Below, piece after piece: positions 18,969 through 27,022 of a stretch of DNA of 64,000 bases (positions are counted from its first letter, which is position 1; every line of letters starts with the position of its first letter). Made by a program: the position numbers and the translations under genes. The notes beneath the pieces are model-generated. The model worked only from the letters and a program-made list of their open reading frames with translations. It was not told the DNA's origin and searched no databases. The stretch is taken from NCBI GenBank assembly GCA_035653275.1, contig DASRCE010000002.1, positions 13,267 to 77,266 of the forward strand. The letters run 5' to 3'. This DNA is from Gaiellaceae bacterium. GTDB lineage: Bacteria; Actinomycetota; Thermoleophilia; Gaiellales; Gaiellaceae.

Positions 18969-19644
18969 CGACCAGTCCCGGCACCAGCGCCTGTGCCCAC
19001 GCTCCCGGCCGGTACCACCGCGGCACGAATACCTCGCCCTTGCCGGAGTCGACTGCGGCCAAAGCCCGCTCGGCGACGAGCTCGGGCCGTGCGACGAGCC
19101 CGTAGAGCGGGCGGGGGATGCGGCCGCGCTGCGGGAAGCCCGGCGTCTCGACGAATCCCGGATTCACCGTGTGCACTGCGATGCCGCGCGGCGCGAGCTC
19201 GACCGCGAGCGACCGCGAGAAGGCGAGCTGCGCGTGCTTCGACGCCGAGTACGGACCTCCGGCGACGGTCCCCGCGACGGAGACGACGTTCACGACGTGG
19301 GAGCCGCGCCCGAGGCCGGGCAGGAACGCAAGGGTCGTCCATACCGAGCCGAGGTAGTTGACGCGCGTCACCTCCTCGATCCGCTCCGGCGTCGCCGTCA
19401 GGAACGAACCTCGGGCGGGGATCCCGGCGTTGTTGACGAGCAGGTCGATCACCGGGTGGCGTTCCAGCACACGCGCGGCTACCGCGTCGACCTCGTGCCG
19501 GTCGCCGACGTCGCACGCCTCGTGCTCGTGGGCGCCCGACCTCGAGCGGGAGAGGCCGACCACATGGGTTCGGCGCGCTGCGAGCGCGCGCACGAGCGCC
19601 GCGCCGATGCCCGACGAGGCGCCGGTGACGACCGCTACCCGCAG
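18922..19644 (-). CDS. Short-chain dehydrogenase/reductase; start uncertain (CTG 19644 or GTG 19743)
   Basis: VAVVTGASSGIG, NNAG and YSASK motifs. No ATG or GTG lies within 30 codons upstream of the glycine-rich motif. Confidence 0.75.
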   Translation of the reverse strand: MRVAVVTGASSGIGAALVRALAARRTHVVGLSRSRSGAHEHEACDVGDRHEVDAVAARVLERHPVIDLLVNNAGIPARGSFLTATPERIEEVTRVNYLGSVWTTLAFLPGLGRGSHVVNVVSVAGTVAGGPYSASKHAQLAFSRSLAVELAPRGIAVHTVNPGFVETPGFPQRGRIPRPLYGLVARPELVAERALAAVDSGKGEVFVPRWYRPGAWAQALVPGLVASARGRTSRRRLRSP

Positions 19645-22600
19645 ACCCTGACGAGCTGGGTCGCGGCCGCGGTGCGACCCGCGGCGTCCGTGACGGTCGC
19701 GACCAGCCGGTGGCGCCCCGCCGTCAGCTTCGTCGTCCGCCACGCGTGGGAGTAGACACCGGAGCGGCCCGACCTGTCGACTCCGATCCTCCTGCCGTCG
19801 ACGGCGAAGGCGACGCCGCGCACCTTGCTCGTCGACTCCGCGACGACGAGCAGCTCGTCGCGAGCGCGCACGCACGCGCGCGCGGCGGGTGCGATCCAGG
19901 ACACGGTCGGCCCGTTCACCACGGTCAGTCGCACGCGCTCGAAGGTCGTGTTCGGGTAGATCTGGTCGCCGAAGGTGTTGATGTTCTTCGCCTCCTGGTA
20001 GTCGGAGGCCCGGAGCGTGAGGGGTGTCCGGCCGGCGCTGAACGCGGGCGCGGCGCGCGGGATGCCGAAGACGGCGAGGCCGGTGCCGGGGTCGTAGGCG
20101 GACGCCCCCACGAGCGCGTGGTCGTAGTTGATGACGAGCGACAGCGGGTCGACCCCCGACTGCGCGTCGACCGCCTGCGCGACGACCAGCGGGCGGCCGG
20201 CGCTGATGCGCGTGGTCAGGATCCGCACCGCCGGGCCGGTCAGGTCGTCGACCCAGGCGTTCAGCAGGTACCTCCCCTTCTGCGAACGGCCGGTGAACGG
20301 ATCGGCGCGCGAGTCGACGGCGACGTAGAACGTCTGCAGCCTCGGGAACTGGACGCCGGCCGCACCGATGTCGAGGTTCGAGTCGAACGTGAGCGGGTTG
20401 ACGTCGGTCGGGATGCCGGCGTACCCCTGGACGTCGTTCTCGTCCTTCGACCCGAGCACGAACGGGTCGACGACGGCGCCCGCCGTCTCGGCCAGCACCG
20501 AGACGCCGAAGTTGACGATCGGGCGGTCGACGGTGAAGGAGTACAGCGTCTCGGAGCCGTCCTCGTTCATCGGCGCGCCGACGTACCCCGGCGGCGGCCC
20601 GAACGGCTCCGCCGGGCAGCAGTAGACGGAGACGCGGTTCGGCCCCTTCGCCGTGTCGCCCACCTGGAGCTTCGAGAGCGGAACGTCCGGGACGTTCGCG
20701 AGCGCCGGCCGCTCGACGAGGAACGCGTACGGGATCCGGCGCACGACGCCGTCGCCCGTCACGGTGACGAAGCCGTAGTTCTCGCCGGTGGCGGCGTCGG
20801 CCGCCGCGGTGACCGTTACCGGAACGCCGACGAAGCCGCCGGGCGCGACCGAGACCGTCGGCGGCACGTCGATCACGACGCCGTTCGTCTGCGCCTGCGG
20901 CGCGACCGAGACCGTCCAGGTGCCCGCGCCGTCGCCGGCGTCGGCGATCGTGAACAGCAGCGACTTCCGCTGCGCGCCGTGCGACACGTCGATACGCTGG
21001 AACGAGAGCGACTCGGGGTCGGTGAAGATCTTCGGGTCGTCGGCTGCGAGGACGTTCGTGAGCCCCGCTCCCTCGAGCAGCACCGACGCCTCCTGCGTGC
21101 GCGCGGTGTCCTGCCAGGCGGGGCCGGCGGTCGACATCAGCGCCGACTTCACCTCGGGCGCCGTCCAGCTCGGATGCCGCTCCAGGAGCAGGGCGGCCGC
21201 GCCGGCGACGTGCGGCGTCGCCATCGACGTGCCCGCGAACACGGAGAAGGTCGAGCCGGTCGTGAGCGGCGGCGTCGACGAGAGCACGTCGAGGCCCGGC
21301 GCGGCGATGTCGGGCTTCAGGAACCAGCCGAAGTCGGTCGGGCCGGCGGACGAGAAGCTGGTGATGATCCCGCTGCGTCCCGTCGGGATCTCCTCGATGC
21401 CGCTCGACACGCGGATGGTCGCCTGGCCGCCGTTCTGCGCCATGTACGCGCGGAGCTGCGCGCCGTCGAGGTCGGCGATCATCCCGGCCGGGATCTGGAG
21501 GCGGATCGGGATCGGGTTCGCCTCGCCGAACCGGTTGTCGACGAGGATGATCCCGATCGCGCCGCCGAGCTGCGCGCGCGCCGCCTTCGACGCGAAGGTG
21601 CAGTCGCCGCGCGAGACGAGCAGGATCTTCCCCTTCACCGACCCGCTCGGCAGCGTCCCGATCGCGGTGTTCGGCTCGCTCGCCGATCCGCACAGGTGCG
21701 ACTCGACGGGCTTGCCGTCGGTGCCCATGATCGACGAGACGTCGACGATCGTCTGGTCCGCCGTCGCCCACGCCGTCGGCAGCTTCGCGCCGCCGGCGCC
21801 CTGGATCGGCACGGCGCCCAGCGCCGGCGGCCCGTTCACGACCGAGAGGGCCGGCGCGAAGACGTGCGCGTTCGAGGTCGCGGCCACCGAGATCGCGTCG
21901 GGCGCCACGCCCGGCGACCCTGCCGTCCCGAAGCCGAAGTCCTCGCGGTCGTTGCCCGCCGCGACGACGGGGACGACTCCCGCCAGCGAGACGTTGTGGA
22001 TCGTCTCGAACATCGCGTCGTTCGCGGGATCGGTCTGCGGGCCGCCGCCCGAGAAGTTGATGACGTTCATCCCGTCGGCGACCGCGGCCTCGAACGCGGC
22101 GACGATCTCCGGCGTGTTCGCCTCGTGCCCGAGCGGCGTCGGGACCGTGAAGACGCGGTAGTTCCCGATCCACGCCTTCGGCGCGACGCCCGAGAGGTTC
22201 GCCACCGCGGGATGGTCGAGCCCCGCGGGCGCGTTGGTCCCCTCGTCGCCGGCGGCGATGCCTGCGACGTGCGTCCCGTGCGGCTCCGTCGGATCGAACG
22301 CGTCGGTGCTGTGGCGGTCGCGGGGGTATCCGGGGAAGACCTTCGCGACGATCACCTTCGGCGTCGTCAGCTTGCCGTCGCCCTTCGGGAAGCCCGGCGG
22401 GTACTGGAACCCGGCCGGGTTCAGGAAGGGGCTCGTCGGGTCGACGCCGGTGTCGACGACCGCGATCTTGATGCCCTGACCCTTGTCTCCCGTCGCCGCC
22501 TCGAGCTCGGGAGCGTGGATGACCGACGGGCCACGGTCCATGGTCGAGAAGTACGAGAGGCTCGGGTACACCTTCGTGACGCCGCGCACGCGCAGCAGCC

Positions 22601-23015
22601 GCGGCAGCGAGCGCTCCGGGAGCTGCACCGCGAAGCCGTCCAGCACGATGCCGTAACGCTCCTGGACCTGCGCCTGCGGGATCGCTTGCCGGACGGCCGC
22701 GGCCACCGCGTTCTGGCGCGCACGCAGCCCCGCGAGGTAGGCCTGAGCCGACGCGGTGTGCACGTTCAGCCGCTGCGTCACCGCTGCGGACGCGAGCGCG
22801 CGGTCGGCGTTCCAGGCCGCGAGCGGCGGCGACGCGAGCCGCACGATCACGCGCGTAAGGCCGCGGCTCTGGCCGCGCGGGATGACGAGGTCGCCTGCGC
22901 GCACCCGGCCGAGCCCGGCCTCGCGGGTCTCGCGCCGAATCGGTGTGAGCTTCGCCGAAGCGGCGGCGGTGACGACGAGCGCGGCCGCCGCGGTCAGGAG
23001 CACGGAACGGCGCAA
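19635..23015 (-). CDS. Secreted S8 (subtilisin-like) serine peptidase with a PA-domain insert and C-terminal Ig-like region
   Basis: Catalytic triad contexts VVDTGVD, HGTHVAG and GTSMATPHVAGAAALL. PA-like segment GKILLVSRGDCTFASKA. Signal peptide RRSVLLTAAAALVVTAAASA with a likely TTG start at 23015. Confidence 0.85.
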   Translation of the reverse strand: MRRSVLLTAAAALVVTAAASAKLTPIRRETREAGLGRVRAGDLVIPRGQSRGLTRVIVRLASPPLAAWNADRALASAAVTQRLNVHTASAQAYLAGLRARQNAVAAAVRQAIPQAQVQERYGIVLDGFAVQLPERSLPRLLRVRGVTKVYPSLSYFSTMDRGPSVIHAPELEAATGDKGQGIKIAVVDTGVDPTSPFLNPAGFQYPPGFPKGDGKLTTPKVIVAKVFPGYPRDRHSTDAFDPTEPHGTHVAGIAAGDEGTNAPAGLDHPAVANLSGVAPKAWIGNYRVFTVPTPLGHEANTPEIVAAFEAAVADGMNVINFSGGGPQTDPANDAMFETIHNVSLAGVVPVVAAGNDREDFGFGTAGSPGVAPDAISVAATSNAHVFAPALSVVNGPPALGAVPIQGAGGAKLPTAWATADQTIVDVSSIMGTDGKPVESHLCGSASEPNTAIGTLPSGSVKGKILLVSRGDCTFASKAARAQLGGAIGIILVDNRFGEANPIPIRLQIPAGMIADLDGAQLRAYMAQNGGQATIRVSSGIEEIPTGRSGIITSFSSAGPTDFGWFLKPDIAAPGLDVLSSTPPLTTGSTFSVFAGTSMATPHVAGAAALLLERHPSWTAPEVKSALMSTAGPAWQDTARTQEASVLLEGAGLTNVLAADDPKIFTDPESLSFQRIDVSHGAQRKSLLFTIADAGDGAGTWTVSVAPQAQTNGVVIDVPPTVSVAPGGFVGVPVTVTAAADAATGENYGFVTVTGDGVVRRIPYAFLVERPALANVPDVPLSKLQVGDTAKGPNRVSVYCCPAEPFGPPPGYVGAPMNEDGSETLYSFTVDRPIVNFGVSVLAETAGAVVDPFVLGSKDENDVQGYAGIPTDVNPLTFDSNLDIGAAGVQFPRLQTFYVAVDSRADPFTGRSQKGRYLLNAWVDDLTGPAVRILTTRISAGRPLVVAQAVDAQSGVDPLSLVINYDHALVGASAYDPGTGLAVFGIPRAAPAFSAGRTPLTLRASDYQEAKNINTFGDQIYPNTTFERVRLTVVNGPTVSWIAPAARACVRARDELLVVAESTSKVRGVAFAVDGRRIGVDRSGRSGVYSHAWRTTKLTAGRHRLVATVTDAAGRTAAATQLVRVCG

Positions 23016-23055
23016 GGTCCCGCACAGTATCCGAAGGCGGTTAGCATCGCCTGCG

Positions 23056-23826
23056 ATGTTCGCCGGCAAGCGCGCACTCGTCCTCGGCGTCGCGAACCGG
23101 CGCTCGATCGCGTGGGCGATCGCGCGCCGGCTCGCCGAAGGCGGCGCGCAGATCGCGTTCACGTTCCAGGGAGAGCGCATCGAGAAGAACGTGCGTGAGC
23201 TGGCGGAGTCCGTGTCGAGCCCGCTCGTGACGGAGCTCGACGTCCGCGAGGACGCCGCGATCGAGCGCGTGTTCTCGGAGACGGCGTCGGTGTTCGGTGG
23301 GCAGCTCGACATCCTCGTTCACTCCGTCGCGTTCGCGGCCGCCGAGGACCTCGAGGGACGCTTCACCGATACGCCCCGCGACCGGTTCTGGATGGCGCTC
23401 GACGTCAGCGCGTACTCATTGGTCGCGACGGCGCGCGCCGCCGAGCCGCTGCTGGAGGCCGCAGGTGGCGGGTCGATCGTGACGATGACGTACCTCGGCG
23501 GCGAGCGCGCCGTGCCGCACTACAACGTGATGGGGGTGGCGAAGGCGACGCTCGACTCGTCGGTGAAGTACCTCGCGTGGGACCTCGGGCAGAAGAACAT
23601 CCGCGTGAACGCCATCTCGGCGGGGCCGGTGCGCACGCTCGCCGCCCGCTCGATCGCAGGCTTTCCGACGATGGAGTCGATCGTCGAGGAGCGGGCGCCG
23701 CTCCATCGCCACATCGACGCCGACGACGTCGGCGCGGCGGCGGCGTTCCTGCTCTCGGACGACGCCCGCAACGTGACGGGTACGACGCTGTACGTCGACA
23801 GCGGGTACCACTCGATGGGCATGTGA
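23056..23826 (+). CDS. fabI: Enoyl-ACP reductase (NADH)
   Basis: GKRALVLGVANRRSIAW, and the YNVMGVAKATLDSSVKYLA catalytic Y/K region. Confidence 0.93.
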   Translation: MFAGKRALVLGVANRRSIAWAIARRLAEGGAQIAFTFQGERIEKNVRELAESVSSPLVTELDVREDAAIERVFSETASVFGGQLDILVHSVAFAAAEDLEGRFTDTPRDRFWMALDVSAYSLVATARAAEPLLEAAGGGSIVTMTYLGGERAVPHYNVMGVAKATLDSSVKYLAWDLGQKNIRVNAISAGPVRTLAARSIAGFPTMESIVEERAPLHRHIDADDVGAAAAFLLSDDARNVTGTTLYVDSGYHSMGM

Positions 23827-23872
23827 GGCACGTTCGATCGCTTCTGCGTAGCAGAACTGCTACCTTGCTCCG

Positions 23873-24118
23873 GTGACGATCATTCCGCAGAAGGAGCTCC
23901 GCAACAACGTCAGCGACGTGCTCAGACGGGCGGAGGCCGGCGAGGAGTTCACGATCACGGTCGCGGGCCGGCCGGTCGCCGGGCTTGGACCGGTCGCTCG
24001 CCGTCACTGGGTCGGCTACGACAGGATCCGAGAGATATTCGCCGGGCCGGCTGATCCAGCCTGGAGAACGGACGTCGAGCTGTTGGACGGCGTCGTCGGA
24101 GATCCCTGGCGGGGCTGA
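23873..24118 (+). CDS. Type II antitoxin, Phd/YefM family
   Basis: PQKELRNNVSDVLRRAEAGEEFTITVAGRPVA; 81 aa; immediately upstream of a PIN toxin. Confidence 0.85.
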   Translation: MTIIPQKELRNNVSDVLRRAEAGEEFTITVAGRPVAGLGPVARRHWVGYDRIREIFAGPADPAWRTDVELLDGVVGDPWRG

Positions 24119-24498
24119 CGCGCGCGGTCCTCGACACGAGTGTCCTGGTCGCCACCGACGTGGGACGCCTCGAAGGCGACCTTGCCGTAAGCGTTGCCTC
24201 GCTTGCGGAGCTGCACTTCGGGGCCCTCGTCACGGACGACGAGCCGATCCGGGCGGAGCGGCTGCGCCGATTGGCGCTCGTCGAGCATCTATTCGACGCG
24301 CTTCCGATCGACGTGAGCGTCGCCCGCAGCTACGGCCACCTCGCGGCCACCGCCGCCCGCGCCGGCCGAAGGCCCCGCTCGCGGGTGATGGATCTGTTGA
24401 TCGCTGCGACCGCGCACGCGCACGACGCGGTCCTCTACTCGCGAAACCCCCGCGACCTGCGGGCCGTCGAGCACCTGCTCGAGATCCGACCCGTCTGA
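24115..24498 (+). CDS. vapC: VapC-type PIN-domain toxin, apparent CTG start overlapping the antitoxin stop
   Basis: TRAVLDTSVLV carries the first PIN acidic residue. It lies upstream of the first GTG (24160), and the only in-frame start-like codons after the upstream stop are CTG. Confidence 0.8.
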   Translation: MTRAVLDTSVLVATDVGRLEGDLAVSVASLAELHFGALVTDDEPIRAERLRRLALVEHLFDALPIDVSVARSYGHLAATAARAGRRPRSRVMDLLIAATAHAHDAVLYSRNPRDLRAVEHLLEIRPV

Positions 24499-24502
24499 CC
24501 CC

Positions 24503-25942
24503 GTGGCCTTCCGGCTCGCTCCCGCGCGTCGCCCGGCCGTGAGCGACGGCGCGATGATCGCGACCAGCCACGTGCTCGCGACGCGCGCGGGCGTTCGCAT
24601 CTTCGAGCTCGGGGGGAACGCCGCCGACGCGGTGCTCGCGGCCGCCGCCGTGCTGTGCGTCGTCGAGCCGATGTCGACCGGCGTCGGCGGCGACGCGTTC
24701 GCGCTCGTCTGGCACGACGGCCGGGTCGCAGGGCTGGACGCCGCGGGTCCCGCACCGGCGGACGCCGCGCCCACCGCGCCGGTCGCCGAGGCGGGGCCGC
24801 GGTCGGTCACCGTTCCGGGCGCGGTCGCCGGCTGGGCCGAGCTCGCCGAGCGGTTCGGGCGCCTCGGGCTCGACCGGTGCCTCGCCGACGCGATCGACGT
24901 GGCGGCGCGCGGCGCCCCGGTCGCTCCGCGCGCCGCCTCGGCGTGGACGGCGGGCACCCCGTGCCCTCCCGAGCTCGGCCCGCGCGCGCCGAACGTCGGC
25001 GACCGCGTCGCCTTCCCCGAGCTCGCCGCGACGCTCCGCCGCATCGCGGAGGACGGGCCCGCTGCCGTGTACTCGGGTGCCGTGGCGCGGGCGATCGCGT
25101 CCGCTTCCTGGCTGACCGAGGGCGACCTCGAGCGGTATGCGCCGCGCTGGGTCGAGCCGCTCCGCCGGCGCTATCGCGACGCCGAGGTCCTCGAGCTGCC
25201 GCCGCCCACGCAGGGCGTGGCCGCGCTCGAGGGCCTCGGGCTGCTGGAGCTCGGCTCGCCCGACCTGGCATCGCAGGTGGAGTGCGTGGCGCTCGCGCTG
25301 GAGGACGCGTTCGCGTACGTGCGCGACGGCGCCGACGTCGCGTTCCTGATCGACGACGCTGCCCTGCGGCGCCGCCGCGCGGCGCGCACCGCCGCTGTGG
25401 GCGGCGGGACCGACGACACCGTCTACCTCTGCGCCGTCGACGGCGACGGCCTCGCCGTCTCGTTCATCCAGAGCCTCTATCAGTCGTTCGGCTCGGGCGT
25501 CGTCGCGCCCGAGACCGGCATCGTCCTGCAGAACCGCGGCGCGTGCTTCGCCGTCGACGGCGCCGTCACACCGGGCCGCCGTCCGTACCACACGATCATC
25601 CCGGGGCTTCTCCTCCGCGGCACGGAGCTGCTCGGGCTGTTCGGCGTCGTCGGCGGGTTCATGCAGGCGCAGGCGCACGTCCAGCTCGTCTCGGGGCTCG
25701 TCGACGAGGGGCTGGACCCCCAGGCGGCGCTCGACCGCCCGCGCTTTCGCCTCGAGGGCGGGGCGGTTCGCCTGGAGGAGGGGCTCTGGGATCGCGCGGA
25801 CGAGCTGCAGCGGCTCGGGCACCGCGTCGAGCGGGCGACGGAGCCGCTCCAGTTCGGCGCCGGGCAGGCGATCGTCCGGCGCGGCGGCGTGCTCTACGGC
25901 GGCACCGATGCGCGCGCCGACGGCGCCGTCGGCGTGGCGTGA
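24503..25942 (+). CDS. Gamma-glutamyltransferase family protein
   Basis: GGNAADA, TGVGGDAF, and the autoprocessing region GGGTDDTVYLCAVD. Confidence 0.88.
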   Translation: MAFRLAPARRPAVSDGAMIATSHVLATRAGVRIFELGGNAADAVLAAAAVLCVVEPMSTGVGGDAFALVWHDGRVAGLDAAGPAPADAAPTAPVAEAGPRSVTVPGAVAGWAELAERFGRLGLDRCLADAIDVAARGAPVAPRAASAWTAGTPCPPELGPRAPNVGDRVAFPELAATLRRIAEDGPAAVYSGAVARAIASASWLTEGDLERYAPRWVEPLRRRYRDAEVLELPPPTQGVAALEGLGLLELGSPDLASQVECVALALEDAFAYVRDGADVAFLIDDAALRRRRAARTAAVGGGTDDTVYLCAVDGDGLAVSFIQSLYQSFGSGVVAPETGIVLQNRGACFAVDGAVTPGRRPYHTIIPGLLLRGTELLGLFGVVGGFMQAQAHVQLVSGLVDEGLDPQAALDRPRFRLEGGAVRLEEGLWDRADELQRLGHRVERATEPLQFGAGQAIVRRGGVLYGGTDARADGAVGVA

Positions 25943-25957
25943 CCGCGCTTCCCGCGG

Positions 25958-27022
25958 TCAGGCGATCTCGGCGACGAGCGACTCCACGTTCACGGCGTAC
26001 ACCTTGACCGGAACGCTCTTGCCCTTCACCTGCAGCTCGCCGTGCGGCTCCACGGCGATCTCGCGGTCGAGCCCGTTGCGCGTGTGCTCGTCGATCAGGA
26101 TCGGGCGGCCGAGCTGCTTCGTGTGCGCCTCGAGGCGCGCGGCGACGTTGACCGTGTCGCCGACGCAGGTGTACGTCGCGCGCTGCTGCGTGCCCGTGTA
26201 ACCCGCGACGACCTTCCCCGAGGCGATGCCGACGCCGATCTGGATCTGCACCTTGTCGCGCGCAGCCTGCTCGTCGTTGAAGAGGCGGATCAGCTCGACC
26301 ATCTGGCAGGCGGCGAGCACCGCTCGCTGCCGGTGGTCGTCGCGCGGCAGGGGGGCTCCGAAGATCGCCATCAGGCCGTCGCCGACCATCTGGTTCACGA
26401 TCCCGCCTTCGCCGCCGATCGCGTCCATCATCAGCGTGTAGTAGTCGTTCAGGAGCTCGATCGTCTCCGACGGCTCGCGCGCTTCCGCGATCGACGTGAA
26501 CGAGCGGATGTCGCAGAACAGCGCGGTCGCGTCGACGTGCTTGCCGCCGAGCGAGAACCCGGAGGTGAGGAGGTCGTCCGCCACCTCCTTCGTCGCGAAC
26601 TTGCTGATCAGCTCGCGCTGCTGGTCGCGCAGCCGCTTCTTCTCGAGGCTCGCGCTGATGCGAGCGTTCAGCAGGACCGGGTTGATCGGCTTCGTCAGGT
26701 AGTCCTCGGCGCCCATCTCGACGCACTTGACGACGCTGTCGAGCTCGTCGAGCGCCGACGTCACGATCACCGGGATGTCGCGCAGGCGCGGGTCGAGCTT
26801 CATCTCGGCGAGCACTCCGTACCCGTCGAGCTCGGGCATCACGACGTCCAGCAGGAGCAGGTCGAAGTGGTCGCGGCGCAGAAGGTCGAGCGCGTCGCGG
26901 CCGTGCTCGGCGAACACGACCGTGTGACCCTGGCGCTCGACGCCGCGGCCGAGGAGGAGCCGGTTCACGCGGTTGTCGTCGGCGATCAGGATCGTCCCCG
27001 GCGCGGCGCCGGCTGCGCTCAA
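25958..27022 (-). CDS. Response-regulator receiver fused to a class III adenylate/guanylate cyclase
   Basis: REC domain: ILIADDN...LLLLDVVMPELDG...KP. Cyclase domain: ATALFCDIRSFTS...VNQMVGDGLMAIFGAP...YTCVGDTVNVAARLE. TTG start in a TTGA overlap with the kinase stop. Confidence 0.88.
   Translation of the reverse strand: MSAAGAAPGTILIADDNRVNRLLLGRGVERQGHTVVFAEHGRDALDLLRRDHFDLLLLDVVMPELDGYGVLAEMKLDPRLRDIPVIVTSALDELDSVVKCVEMGAEDYLTKPINPVLLNARISASLEKKRLRDQQRELISKFATKEVADDLLTSGFSLGGKHVDATALFCDIRSFTSIAEAREPSETIELLNDYYTLMMDAIGGEGGIVNQMVGDGLMAIFGAPLPRDDHRQRAVLAACQMVELIRLFNDEQAARDKVQIQIGVGIASGKVVAGYTGTQQRATYTCVGDTVNVAARLEAHTKQLGRPILIDEHTRNGLDREIAVEPHGELQVKGKSVPVKVYAVNVESLVAEIA

Noticed and set aside
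18922-23025. Single 1367-aa ORF spanning the SDR and the protease region.
   Set aside because: Only the C-terminal 240 residues make a coherent SDR. The rest is an out-of-frame read through the S8 protease gene, whose own frame (19635..23015) carries the catalytic triad.
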